From the NCBI RefSeq assembly GCF_009914755.1, contig NC_060935.1: 64,000 bases of DNA. The stretch is one strand, 5' to 3'. Numbering within the stretch: position 1 is the first letter of the stretch; each line of letters opens with the position of its first letter. Shown one piece after another: positions 41,642 through 57,835 of the stretch. The notes under the pieces were generated by a model, which ran no database searches, was not told the DNA's origin, and was given only the letters and a program-made list of their open reading frames with translations. Source of the DNA: the human T2T-CHM13v2.0 reference genome, Homo sapiens. The position numbers and the translations under genes are program-made.

Positions 41642-42969
41642 TGAGCCACTGTGCCTGGCCACCTTTTTTATTTATTTATTTTTTTGAGACGGAGTCTCAC
41701 TCTGTTGTCCAGGCTGGAGTGCAGTGGCAGTGGCATGATCTTGGCTCACTGCAACCTCCACCTCCTGCCTCAGCCTCCCGAGTAGCTGGGACTACAAGCA
41801 TATGCCACCATGCCTGGCTAATTTTTGTATTTTTTTTTTTTCAGTAGAGTTAGGGTTTCACCATGTTGGCCAGGCTGGTCTCCAGCTCTTGACCTTGTGA
41901 TCCACCCGCCTCAGCCTCCCGAAGTGCTAGCATTACAGGCGTGAGCCATCACACCCAGCATTTTTTTTTTTTTTTTTTTAAGACAGTCTTACTCTGTTTC
42001 CCGGGCTGGAATGCAGTGACACAATCTCGACTCAGTGTAGTCTCCACCTCCTGGGTTCAAGTGATTCTCGTGCCTCAGCCTCCTGAGTAGCTGGGATTAC
42101 AGGTTCATGCCACCACGCCCAGCTAATTTTTGTATTTTTAGTAGAGACGAGATTTTGTCATGTTGACCAAGATGGTCTTGAACTCCTGACCTCAAGTGAT
42201 CTGCCTGCCTTGGCCTCCCAAAGTGTTGGGATTACAGGTGTGAGCCATGGCGTCGGGACCTGTACCTTTGATTTACTACATTTTTTTGACTGGGCAATTC
42301 AGTTCGCTGGGTATAAGGAACTGTGGTCTGCTCTTTGAAAATTCTGTAAAAGAGTCTTGAGATTGTTGAGTTATGATTTACATACTTATTTCCTTACAGT
42401 AAACTCATCAGTTCTTCACCTTTTAAAAATCTCAGTTATTGGATTGAAACATGAGAAATATGTTAATAGTAATACTAAATCAGAATAAATAGGCATGTGA
42501 GCTTTAATAAAATGCACAGTTGTTTTTTTTTTTTAATTTTTATTTTATTGGCCAAGATACTGTGCTGTCACCCAGGCTGGAGAGCAGTCGTGCACATCAC
42601 GACTTCCGACTTGTGGTCTCGTGATCATCCTGTCTCAGCCTCCCAAGTAGCTAGGACCATAGGCACTAAGTTAAAAAATTTCCACGCCTCGGTAATTTTT
42701 AAATTTTTTGTAGAGACAGGTTCTCACTATGTTGTCCAGGCTGGTCTTGAACTCCTGGCCTCAAGTGATCCTTCTGCCTTGGCCTCCCAAAGTGCTGGGA
42801 TTGCAGGCCTGAGCAACCATGCCTGGCCATAATGTGTAGATCTTTATTTTGGCTATGCAGAGTTCTTTTTGCATACTTTCTTTTGTCATAATGTTCCATG
42901 AAGATGTGTACCATGAAGCTGAGTTTCACATACTGGCTGTTTCCCTTTTCATTTCCCCTTTAACCTTGT

Positions 42970-43515
42970 TCCAGTTATTGCCGTGTAACAGATTAATCCA
43001 AAATTTAAGGGATTAAAACCATGATTTTCTTATGCACAAAGATTCTGCCTGTCAGGGATTCAGACAGGGCACACAGGAGTTTTGATGTTTCTGTTCGATG
43101 ACACTGGGGGCCTCGTGGGAAGACTAAGACTTGTTCATTCATATGTTTGTTGCTTGGACTAAAATGAGTGGAACCACAGGGATTGCTGATCAGAAGCAAG
43201 AGGCCTTTCTTCATGGCATGGCTTCCTCATCATGTGGCAGTCTCAGAGTTACTGTATTTGTATGATGGCTGAAGGCTCCAAATACAAGGTGTTTGGATCA
43301 CCAGCAAACAAGGCAGAGATAGATTGCTTTTATGACTCAGCCTTGGAAATCATACAGCATCACTTATACAGTACTCTTGGTTGAAGCTCACTCAAGTACA
43401 ATGGCAGGGGAAGTAGACTAGTTGTTAATGGAGTAGTGCCAAGGTCACATTTTAGAACAGTATGTGAGACTGCATGCAGATTTTGTAGCTATCTTTGGAA
43501 AATGTAATCTGCGAT
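42970..43515 (-). mobile_element. MLT1-type MaLR LTR
   Basis: tattgccgtgtaacag..ccaaaattta..ttttatgactcagccttggaaatcata..gccaaggtcacatt. Confidence 0.7.
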
Positions 43516-44164
43516 AGCTCTCGGTTTGGATGAATTCTAAATTTGTTATTGTGTAGAAAATTGGAGGTTTTCTACTCTAGGATAGCTTGTCCTACTATAG
43601 GATAGTATAGGTTCATAATTAAGGATTGTTATTGGTGAGAGTCCTAACAATGTACTGAAGTCTGTCAATTTTAGTATCTTTTCTGTTGCGTGGAATTCTT
43701 ATTGTTTTCATTAAACAAACTATATGTTCATTGCACAGTAGTTAAGTGTATAAAACAAAGCAAAAGGAACACAGCTCTGGCTATAATTTTACCACTCAGG
43801 TACCATTCTTACCTTTTTCATTGTTTATCTTTTTATATTTATTTTCATCGCTACACAAACATTTTTTAGGAGTTTGATTCTACCTCCATTTTGGTTAGAT
43901 ATACAAACTCTACCCCATGAGGGATGTATGGTGTATTTCTAGATTTAGCAACAATTTTCTTGAAAAATGTACAATACTATAGAAAAATGAAGATAGTAAA
44001 TACCAGGTATAAGTTAATAACAGTGTTTCTTTTGTTCAGTAATAATGAACTGTGTACTAGCACTGAACTTTAGGCCCTCCTATTTGCGTATTTTCTGTTT
44101 GTATATTTTTAAATAGAGGAATTGTGATTATAATATTATTATTTTGGAATATCCTAAATCATAA

Positions 44165-44398
<234 letters not shown>

Positions 44399-45652
44399 TG
44401 AACTCATGACCTTGTTATCTGCCGACGTTGGCCTCCCAAAATGCTGGGATTACAGGTGTGAGCCACCGGGCCTGGTCTAGTTTTTTATTTCTTAAAAATA
44501 GCCTACCCTTTAAGCAAATAGAATTTTTTATTTTAAAAATTTTTAGCTTCCCAAGCTTATGAGTCTTCCCTTTTCTTCCCTTTTAAAAAAGAGAATGAAC
44601 TATCTGTTGATCCTCAGAGTATTTTGTGAGGTAATTGGACACATCTTCTGCACCTGGGGTCAGGTCTGTCATATCAGTGTAAAAAAAAATTTTTTTCCCT
44701 CAAATCAGTAGACTGAAATTTTATACCTGTTTATTTGGAGGCTTATAGATGGTGTGAAATAGTTCATCTAATAATAAAATTGGGTACTATTAAAAGCCTT
44801 TAATGTCTTAGTGATTATCTTGGTTTTATTTACCTCCAGTGTTAGGAAGGAATTGTGGTAGGGTTTTCAATTTGGGGTAGAATGGCTAGGCAAGTTGACA
44901 TTTGTTTATGGTACAAAGAAAATAGATCATTTGACCTAAAAAAAAAAAAAAAAGAAAAAACAAAACTTATTACCATTGCTTTTAAACTGGCTTCTGTGGT
45001 TTCTGAATGCCCTTTATTAGAATTTAACTTTGTACTTTGTTTCACAATTTTATTATTGGTAAGGGGGTAAGGAACTATGTATGTTCATAATTTATTGGGA
45101 TTAAGTGTTGTCCTGTTAATTTAGATTTATCCTCATTCACTGTCCTCTGACCTTTACAATAATAATAGTTTGTGACTCTGTTGCATTACCTGAATATCTG
45201 TGGGGTCTTACTTAATAGTAGCCTGGGAAACCTGCAAAGTTTTAATCTTAGCAAGAAAATGGGATCTTAAACCAGATGTTAGTTTTCTGTCCTCACCCTT
45301 GAACTAACAAAGCAAAGCTGTTGACTTGTGTATTAGTGAGGTGGTAGCTATCTTGTTCAAGATAAATGGATGAAGTACATTAAAGACAATATGCCCATGA
45401 GTTTATTCAGAAAAAAAATACTTTTTTTCCCCTTGGGGTGGGGAGCAGCATCTCACGCTGTCGCCTAGGCTGGAGTTTTGGCATTATTTCAGCTAACTGC
45501 AGCCTTCACCTCCAGGGTTCAAGTGATTCTCCCACCTCAACCTCCCAAGTACCTGGGACTACAGTCTCGTACCACCATACCCAGCTAATTTTTGTGTTTT
45601 TTGGTAGAGATGGGGTTTCATCATGTTGGCCAGGCTGGTCTTAATCTCCTGA

Positions 45653-46095
<443 letters not shown>

Positions 46096-46308
46096 TGATA
46101 AATGTCTGATATGCTCACTTGGGTATAAGCAGGATCCTAACCAAATTGTGGCCCTTACCCATGTGGGTAGGAGCCATATGCCTAGTCCATCTAATACTCT
46201 TTCTTGATTAAGCTAAAGAATGAATAATGTTGTGCCATTGGTTTACAGTACAGCCTTTGATATCATTCAGCAATGGTTGGAGTATATCTAAAAAGTTTTA
46301 TGTACTTA

Positions 46309-46602
46309 GGCTGGGCGCGGTGGCTCATGCCTGTAATCCTAACACTTGGGGAGGCCGAGGCAGGTGGATCACCTGAGGTCAGGAGTTTGAGATCAGCCTG
46401 GCCACATGGTGAAACCCTGTCTCTACAAAAAATACAAAAAAATTAGCTGGGCGTGGTGGTGAGTGCCTGTAATCCCAGCTACTTTAGGGGCTGATGCAGT
46501 AGAATAGCTTGAACGTGGGAGGCAGAGGTTGCATTGAGACAAGATCGTGCCATTGCACGCTAGCCTGGGTGACGAGCGAAACTCTGTCTCAAAAAAAAAA
46601 AA
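46309..46602 (+). mobile_element. Sense AluS about 150 nt upstream of exon 3
   Basis: Full Alu, TSD tttatgtactta. Confidence 0.95.
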
Positions 46603-46752
46603 TTTATGTACTTAAACTGGAATATATCTTAAAAGTTTATTTAAGTCAAAATTTGAGACAAACTTAGAGGATTGTGAGGGTTTTGTCAAGCATGCTTAAG
46701 CTGGTATATACCTTCAAAACGGAATGTAATTCTTTTTTTTCTTTTAACATAG

Positions 46753-46815
46753 GGTAAGCTTGATGATTACCAGGAACGAATGAACAAAGGGGAAAGGCTT
46801 AATCAAGATCAGCTG
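46753..46815 (+). CDS. CAPRIN1: CAPRIN1 exon 3, aa 73-93 (GKLDDYQERMNKGERLNQDQL)
   Basis: ttttaacatag|GGT ... CTG|gtaaag; 63 nt, phase 0/0. Confidence 0.97.
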
Positions 46816-46926
46816 GTAAAGATGTTATATTTTTATTTTAGACCTAATGCTCACTATTTTAAAGACAAAAATTAATTCTGTGGTTTTTTGTCTTTCCAGT
46901 AAAGTTTGGGTTCTTTGTCATTTTAG

Positions 46927-47013
46927 GATGCCGTTTCTAAGTACCAGGAAGTCACAAATAATTTGGAGTTTGCAAAAGAATTACAGAGGAGTTTCATGGC
47001 ACTAAGTCAAGAT
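46927..47013 (+). CDS. CAPRIN1: CAPRIN1 exon 4, aa 94-122 (DAVSKYQEV...MALSQD)
   Basis: ttttag|GAT ... GAT|gtaagt; 87 nt. Confidence 0.97.
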
Positions 47014-47204
47014 GTAAGTAAAAGAAAGTATACATATTTATGAAATACTTTTGTTGTTTCTTTGGGTTTTAGTCCTTCCATTACTATTGATAAGCTCTCT
47101 GCAAGGTGAGACAGTTGTATCCAATTATATCTAAGATGCCTTCACATTCTGTAAAGTAAAATGTAACACCTGAAAGATGTCTTTTAAAAATACTAAGTTT
47201 GAAA

Positions 47205-47357
47205 TTGGGGGCGGTGGCATGTGCTTGTAGCCCTGGCTCCTCAATAGGTTGAGGCCAAGAGTTCATGGCTGTGGTGCATATGATTGTTCCTGTGAATAGC
47301 CACCGCACTTCAGCCTGGGCAACGTGATAAAACCCCATCTCTAAAAAAAAAAAAAAA
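47205..47357 (+). mobile_element. FAM-like (7SL-derived) Alu monomer
   Basis: cctgtgaatagccaccgcacttcagcctgggcaac 3' end plus poly(A). Confidence 0.7.
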
Positions 47358-47803
47358 CATTAAATTTAAAAATTTTTTTAAAAGGACCAAGTTTGAGATT
47401 TGACAACCATGTATAGTAGCTATGCTAAAGGTCTCATTGGTTTAAAATGTTAGCTCTGCAAATACATAAAAATCAGATAGTCATTAGAAATACATAAATG
47501 TTTTTTATTTATCATGTTCCTTATGTCTAATGACTCACAATTTAAACTGTCAGAAAATAAAGAGGCTCGTTTATATAATTGGTAATTATTCTCTGCTTTA
47601 GGAACCTTAAGGGGTATGGCAAACTGATGTGCTCCTATATCAGCACTCGATCCAACTTAATAGTGGGTTTTTGATGTGACAAAAACCTTTGGGAATAAGG
47701 ACAAAAGTTAAATGCAAGCAAAGTCAGATAATTTGTTGAGGCCAGAAAATTAAGCCATCTGAATAAGTGTCATCTTCTTTGGAGAAGACTAATAACATTG
47801 AAA

Positions 47804-48136
47804 TACAGGCATGTACTCCATAATGATGTTTCAGTCAACTTTGGACCACGTATATGATGATGGTCCCATAACATTGTAATACTGTATTTTTACTGTACCT
47901 ATTCTGTGTTTCGATATATAAATACCTCTGTGTTACAGTTGCCTACAGTAGTCAGTACAGTAACATGCTGTACACATTTGTAGTCTAGGAGCTAATATGC
48001 TATACCACATAGCCTAGGTGTGTAGTAGATTGTACTATCTAGGCCGTGTAAGTACACTCCATGTTTGCACAATGAGGAAATTCCCTACTGACATATTTCT
48101 CAGAATGTATCCTTGTTAAGTAATGTGTGACTATGT
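47804..48136. mobile_element. Tigger3a/MER7-type DNA transposon
   Basis: tacaggcatg..atgatgtttcagtcaac..ggtcccataa..tagcctaggtgtgtagtag..catatttctcagaatgtatcc. Confidence 0.8.
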
Positions 48137-48844
48137 AAAGTTGCCTCTAATTTGCTGAAACAAAAAAGTTTATTATATGAGACAATGCAGTGTAGGGATT
48201 AAGAGATCAGATTCTAGAAACAGACTGCCCAGTTGAATCCTAATTTTGTGACTTGACTTTGTAGTTTGACCATGGATGAGTTACTTAATTTCACTGTTCT
48301 TGTATTAGTCAAGGTTTTCCAGAGAAACAGATCCAATAGGATAGAAAGGGGGCTGATGGGCAGAGGCCATCACAGTGCCTCGGTTTTCTAATCTGTAAAG
48401 TGGTAATAATAACCTCATACGGTTGTGCTTAGAACAGTATTTGATGCATAACTAATATATTTCAAGCACTTAATCATTTTTGTTTGTTTGTCTTGTTTTG
48501 AGACAGAGTCTTGCTCTGTCGCCCAGGCTGGAGTGCAGTGCCGCTATCTCAGCTCACTGCAACCTCCGCCTCCTGAGTAACTGGGACTACAGACCTGCGC
48601 CACCATGCCAGTCTAATTTTCTAATTTTTAGTAGGGATGGGGTTTCACCATGTCAGCCAGGCTTGTCTCAAACTCCTGACCCCTCAGATGATCGGCCTGC
48701 CTCAGCCTCCCAAAGTGTTGGGATTACAGTGTGAGCCAACGTGCCTAGCTTCAATTACTTAATCTTAGAATTACTTATTACATCTGATCAGGGAAGGAAA
48801 ATCTTTGCTGAAAACAAAAAAAGTAATTTAATTTTGTACCTAGT

Positions 48845-49166
48845 GTCTTAGTCAACTTTGTGTTACTATAATGGAATGCCTGAGACCGGATAATTTATAT
48901 AAAGAACAGAAATTTGTTTCTCACACTTCTGGATGCTGGGAAGTCCAAGATCAAGGTACCAGCATCTTGTTGCATTACTGTGTCCTCACCTGGTGGTAGA
49001 AGGCTTAAGGGCAAGAGAGAGTGATCATACTCCTGCAAGCTCTTTTTATAGTAGTATTAATTCATTCTAAATAGCTCCCAAAAGGCCCACCCTCCCAACA
49101 CTATTGCGTTGGGAGGGTTAAGTTTCTAACACTTGAATTTTAGGGGGATGCATTCAGACCATAGCA
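48845..49166 (-). mobile_element. MLT1A/MST-type MaLR LTR
   Basis: tgtcttagtc..ctgggaagtccaagatcaagg..cattcagaccatagca. Confidence 0.8.
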
Positions 49167-51261
49167 CCAAAGGAGAGATTTATTCCACTTAGCTTAATGA
49201 ACCCTGCCCAATTTCTTTTTCTTGCTTTTTTAAAATAGAAGCAGGATTGCTATACAGTTTAATGTAACATCTATTTTGGAAGTTACTATCACTGTGTAAT
49301 GAAAATACCTGTATCCTTTTTTGCTTCTCTTGTAACACTGGTATTTTCAGGACCTTTCTCTGAGCTTTAACTTCATTAGCAGAGCTGTTATTTATCTTTG
49401 ATCCTTTGGTATACTGTACACAATTATTAAACATGCTTTTTGTTTAGCATTCAAGAACTTCTTTAGCCTGGCTCCAGCCTACCTTTTCACCTTTTTCCTT
49501 CTTGAACTGTTCATTTCATACAGAATAGCTTTCTTTCTTATCTTCTTTTGCTTTGTTAACTTCCTTTCATATTCCTGTCCCTCTTCCTGTGTTTCCTGCC
49601 TCCACCTACCTATAAAGACCTTCCTGGGCAGGGTGTGGTTGCTCACGCCTCTAACCCCAGCACTTTGGAAGGCCGAGGTGGGTGGATCACCTGAGGTCAG
49701 AAGTTCGAGACCAGCCTGGCCAACATAGTGAAACCCTGTCTCTGCTAAAAATACAAAAATTAGCCGGGCTTGGCAGCACACACCTGTAATCCCAGGAGGC
49801 TGAGGCAGGAGAATTACTTGAATTCGAGAAGTAGAGGTGTCAGTGAGCCAAGATCGTGCCACTGCACTCCTGGGCAACAGAGTGAGACTCCATCTCAAAA
49901 AACAAACAAAAAACACCTTCCTGGCTGGTCATGGTGGCTCATACCTGTAATCCTAGTATTTTAAGGAGGCTGAGGTGAGAGGATCGCTTGAGGCCAGGAG
50001 TTCAAGACCCAAGACCAGCCTTGGAAACATAGACCTTGCCTCAAAAAACTTTTTTTAAATTATTTTTTTAAAAAAGACTTTTTTTTTTTTCTTGAGACAG
50101 TCTCACTGTTTCACCCAGGCTGGAGTGCAGTAGCATGATCTCAGCTCACTGTAGCTATCACTTGCCATTTATTGCTAAGATATTTATTCTGCACACTCTG
50201 TTACCATTATAGATTTGTCTTGTTCTTGCAGCCTTCATCATTCTTCCCAGGTCTCCTTCCCCATTTTTCCCTTTAGTATAGGTTTCATATGTCCCTATTT
50301 TGGTTTTCTGTGTCTTGGTTCATCCTAGTGAGGCTTGAGAAGGGGGAAAAGGTGGAAAGGAAAGCACTACTATGGCTTTTGAGAAGACTAGCCTTCCTCT
50401 ATTCCCAACCTCATGTTAGATACACGGGAGAGGGAGAGGAATAATTGAGTTTGGCTGATGCTTTCCTTTCAGCCTTTCCAGGAAAGAAAAAAAGGAATGT
50501 GGGAAAAATACATTCATACTTAGCTTTATCTATTTTTCTCCACCAGCATCATCTTATTCATAAAAACAAATTAGGCACTCTTTTCAGTAAGATGGAATAA
50601 CTTTCTGAGACTGGCAGCGGATTATTTGGGACAAAGGGGCCCTTGTGGGTTTTTGGCATTTCCTTGTGAGTCATTAGTAGATACTCAGAGTTAGAACTTT
50701 GGGTCATTTGCCCATAGAGGAGCTAGATCGAGATAAGATTTTTATTGTTGCTGTGGTTGGGTTTCTTTTTTAATTGGCCTAGGCCTTTACATTTCTGTAT
50801 AATTTCTAAATTCATTAAATTTTTACTTTTTATATGCATAATGAAAAACTTCAGATATATATACCTAACTAAAGAAAACAATACAATGAAACTCTTTGTA
50901 CCTGTACCCAGCTTGTATATTTATCATCTCATGGTCAATCGTATTTCATATAAATCCACATTCATTTCCTTGCTCCCTTTGCCCTCTAGATTATTTTCAA
51001 ACAAGCCCCAAACACATTGTTTCATCAGTAATAGTTCAGTAGTAAAATACCTTCTAGGGAAAGAGCTGTTCTGAATTTTTAACAATTGCTTAAAATAGAT
51101 TATGTTTAAAACTATTTGTAAGTCAGGAATCATCCTTTTGTGTATTGAGGTCATATCTCACTCATTGAGTAAAACATGTTTTATTTAAGCTGGACCTGAA
51201 ATGGATTGAACTAAGTTTTATATAACTAATTTTGGTGTTTTACTTTTATATTGTTTTGCAG

Positions 51262-51500
51262 ATTCAGAAAACAATAAAGAAGACAGCACGTCGGGAGCAG
51301 CTTATGAGAGAAGAAGCTGAACAGAAACGTTTAAAAACTGTACTTGAGCTACAGTATGTTTTGGACAAATTGGGAGATGATGAAGTGCGGACTGACCTGA
51401 AACAAGGTTTGAATGGAGTGCCAATATTGTCCGAAGAGGAGTTGTCATTGTTGGATGAATTCTATAAGCTAGTAGACCCTGAACGGGACATGAGCTTGAG
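51262..51500 (+). CDS. CAPRIN1: CAPRIN1 exon 5 (IQKTIKK...PERDMSLR), start of HR1 dimerisation region
   Basis: ttttgcag|ATT ... AG|gtatta; 239 nt; seen within ORF 51232..51507. Confidence 0.98.
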
Positions 51501-51585
51501 GTATTAGTGGTATTTGATAATAGAAACTTCTGAGTATTTAAGTTGACAACTGAAAGGTTATTAATTAGCTATTTACTATTAAAAG

Positions 51586-51668
51586 GTTGAATGAACAGTA
51601 TGAACATGCCTCCATTCACCTGTGGGACCTGCTGGAAGGGAAGGAAAAACCTGTATGTGGAACCACCT
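51586..51668 (+). CDS. CAPRIN1: CAPRIN1 exon 6 (LNEQYEHASIHLWDLLEGKEKPVCGTT)
   Basis: aaaag|G TTG ... ACC T|gtgagt; 83 nt; keeps frame with exons 5 and 7. Confidence 0.96.
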
Positions 51669-51762
51669 GTGAGTATCACTGTGATAACTTTGATTTTATA
51701 ACTAGGAATCTTTAAAAACTAATTTTCTTATGTTTATAGTTCACTTGGAAGAAAAAAATTAG

Positions 51763-52060
51763 TTTTTTTTTTTTTTTGGAGACAGAGTCTACTCTGTTGC
51801 CCAGGTTGGAGTGTAGTAGTGTGATCTCAGCTCACAGCAACCTCCGCCTCCCAGGTTTAAGTGATTTCTATCACCTCATCCTCCCAAGTAGCTGGGATTA
51901 CAGGCATGCGCCACCACGCCTGGCTATTTTTTGTATTTTTAGTAGAGACAGGGTTTCGCCATGTAGGCCAGGCTGGTCTCGAACTCCTTACCACAAATGA
52001 TTCACCTGCCTGGGCCTCCCAGAGTGCTGGGATTACAGGTGTGAGCCACTGCGCCCAGCT
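51763..52060 (-). mobile_element. Antisense AluS about 95 nt downstream of exon 6
   Basis: Full Alu consensus. Confidence 0.95.
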
Positions 52061-53559
52061 AGTTTTCCTATTTAAAATTAATATTAATTGAATAAAATTT
52101 AGAAATGTATACATAGCATTCATCTGCTATTTACTGTTTGGTTTATTTCTTTTTTGTTTCTTTGTATGTTTAATCTGTAATGTGGAAATCAGAACACCAG
52201 CAACAAACAACTAAAACTGGGAATATGATAGTCCTAACTTCACATGGTCTTGTATGTAACTTAACTGTGTTTGAGGTGGACAGATTAACATTAGATTGAC
52301 TTTCCACAGCTTTTGGTAATAGATAGGGACTGTTTGTTTTATGGCTGAAGTTTTGTGAAACAATTATTGCATTTCATACATTCTGCTCATGGTTATTGCC
52401 TTAGTTTTTCTTTAGTTTGTCTTAGACATCTGCTAATTTGAGGATGTTAATTTTTTTCTGTATTTAAAATATGCTGATACTTGGTCTAGTTTTCTTTGTG
52501 AGCTCCTTATTCTCAAACATGCAACTGTGAACTGATTTTTTTAAAAAGGGACATTTACGTTTCACTCCTTCAGTATAGGAATTTACGTTTTTAGCCTTCT
52601 GTGAAATCAGGGAATAGATTCTTATCTTTGCCATTTATAAGGTTGCATTAGGAAGGTAGATTTTTGAACATAAAATGAAAGTATCTGTATTTATGCATTT
52701 TTAGCTATTGGTTGAAAAGAAATCAGATTGGATTATAAGCTTTAATCACCAAAATGGTATGAGCTTTAATTGGCAAAATTTAGAAGAGTATATTTGCTTT
52801 AAGGAAATGGGTGCCAGTCCTTGTCTGTCCTTTCTTCATTTAAGAAATAATTTTCTTGGTTTGTTAACATTTACTCTGGTCTGTATTTCTTTGTACAATA
52901 TGTGTTTACCCTTTTGCTTTTAGTTCTGCAAGTTCTATATGTATAAGCTTGTTAACTTAAAAAAGTAGTTTTAGGTCAAGCTTCATCAGATTTTCATGAG
53001 CATTGTTGAAGAGTAACAAAGGTGTTATTAAACCTTTAAGCTTATAGCTTGTTTTGGGGTTATTTTCTACCTAATCTTGTTCCCACATCTTAGGAATGTA
53101 ACATCTTTACAATGGAAAGGTACTAATCTTTATAATGGGAAGGTACTAATATACCCAAATTAGTGTTTTTATGTACATTTGATTTGTATCTATAACTTTT
53201 TGAAAACAGTTTTGAGCCAGGAGCCGCTGAAGTGAAATAAGGAAAACATATGAAGTGTTCATTATCTAAAGAGTTGTTGGTAGTTTATTAAGATTAATTT
53301 CCCAATGCTTTTGATACAATATGGTCCTCAAAGTTTTATTTTTCTTCACAGTGACCTATCGGGGAGTGGCCCTACTATGTATCTATTAATAATACACAAG
53401 CTAAGAAAATTGAAAGTAATAACTCTTCATACATCTCCCCCTCTGCCCTGCACTTTTAAAAAATACCCTGGTACACCAAATTCTGATAGTTTTTGTTTGT
53501 TTTTGAATATCTTTCGATTGTCTACTTTTTTCTCTTCTACTTTTATACCTTTCTCTTGT

Positions 53560-54564
<1,005 letters not shown>

Positions 54565-54655
54565 TTAATCACAATATTTTATAGAATGTTGGATCTTCTT
54601 CAAGCCAGGCATCCTCAGATAAGTCTTACATTATAATTCATGTTCTTTTTCTTAG

Positions 54656-54793
54656 ATAAAGTTCTAAAGGAAATTGTTGAGCGTGTTTTTCAGTCAAACT
54701 ACTTTGACAGCACCCACAACCACCAGAATGGGCTGTGTGAGGAAGAAGAGGCAGCCTCAGCACCTGCAGTTGAAGACCAGGTACCTGAAGCTG
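54656..54793 (+). CDS. CAPRIN1: CAPRIN1 exon 7 (YKVLKEIVERVF...EDQVPEA)
   Basis: tttcttag|AT AAA ... GCT G|gtgagt; 138 nt. Confidence 0.97.
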
Positions 54794-54928
54794 GTGAGTA
54801 TTAGGTGGATATCAACTTTAGTTTAGGGTCCTGGTTTTATTTGATTTTGCTACAAATTTAAACTATACACTTACTTAGTTTTCATATATGTACACTAGAT
54901 TTTATTTTTAAAGAGACTTTAAGCATGA

Positions 54929-55233
<305 letters not shown>

Positions 55234-56217
55234 TTGACAAAATGTTAAGACAGATTATCAAGAGTAATTCCTACCAGTATTCATTATATTTGTCTTAGTA
55301 GTCATTTGTCTTACTAGTCTTGATCACTATTATAAACTGATAGATAGTTCTTTTGCAGTAGTATTGATGGGCAGGAGTATGGGTGAGGGCCAGCTGTTAC
55401 AAGGATTTTCAAATAGGTTTCTGTCTGACATGCCCAGATTTGCTATTTACTATGCCAGTGCATTGGAGGAATAGTATGAGTTGCTTTTGTTTTGTTTTAA
55501 TCATGGGGAGATTATAGCTCCATAATCTTGAACTATAAATTCCTCCAAGGCAAGGGGTCTTTTCCAGTTAATTTTATCATGTAGCACAACACTAATTATA
55601 TAGCTAGACACTTAACTGTGAATACTTTTATGATAACTCTTATGTTGATGAGTAAAATTCTGAATACAAGGAAACATTGGAGCATAAGTTTTGTTAGAAT
55701 CAGAGTGCCTGAATTTAAATCTTCGCTTCAACACTTACTAGCTCTGTAACTTTGGGCAAGTTAATGAAACTCTTGTACCTCAGGTTCCCCGTTTAGAAAA
55801 TATGTCAAGTGTGTATACAGTGCCTGACACGTGGTAAGCACTTAGTAACTGGTAGCTAGTAGGTTGAAACTAGAAGTGAAGATTGTACATTGGTGGAGTT
55901 AATAGTTGGAGATTAATATAAGGCAATCTTTTTCCCCCTCTTACCACTTTACTAAGTAAAGTAAGATTTTTAATCTGTATGCTGCTTCATACTACTACTT
56001 ATGAGACGGGAGAGGGCTTTTAATATAGTAGCTCTTTATTTGCATTATACATTATCTGAAATAGCTACTGTTGAACCTAAAGTAATTCTGGAATAAATGG
56101 TAAAGAAAACTTTCTAAAATATAAAACACTGTTAATTAACTTTATAAATAAGTTTGTAAGTAAATTCAGATTATGTGATGGCAAACTATTTACTTATTTG
56201 GAATTTAAGTTGAATTC

Positions 56218-57500
<1,283 letters not shown>

Positions 57501-57504
57501 ACTT

Positions 57505-57815
57505 TATTTTTTAGAGCAGTTTTAGGCTCACAGCAAAACTGAACAGAAGGTGTAGAGATTTCCCATTTACTTTCTACCCTCACAGATGCACAGCCTCCCT
57601 CATTGTCAGCATCCCCCCAACCAGAGTGGTACATTTGTTAACAATGGATAAACCCAAACTGACACATTATTATCACCCAAAGTCCATAGTTTACATATGG
57701 GTTTACTCTTATTGTTAATAATTCTCTGGGTTTGGACAAATGCATAATGACGTGTATCTACCAATATCACACAGAGTAGAGTAGTATCACTGACCTAAAA
57801 ATCCTTTTGTTTTGC
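57505..57815 (-). mobile_element. L1MB-type 3' end abutting the exon 8 acceptor
   Basis: cagttttaggctcacagcaaaa..ccagagtggtacatttgtta..atcacccaaagtccatagtttaca..cactgacctaaaaatcc. Confidence 0.8.
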
Positions 57816-57835
57816 ACCATTTTTTAACCTCTTAG

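Noticed and set aside
51501-51585. Possible U12-type intron because of the missing pyrimidine tract
   Set aside because: The donor is GTATTAGT, not RTATCCTT, and there is no TTCCTTRAY branch box
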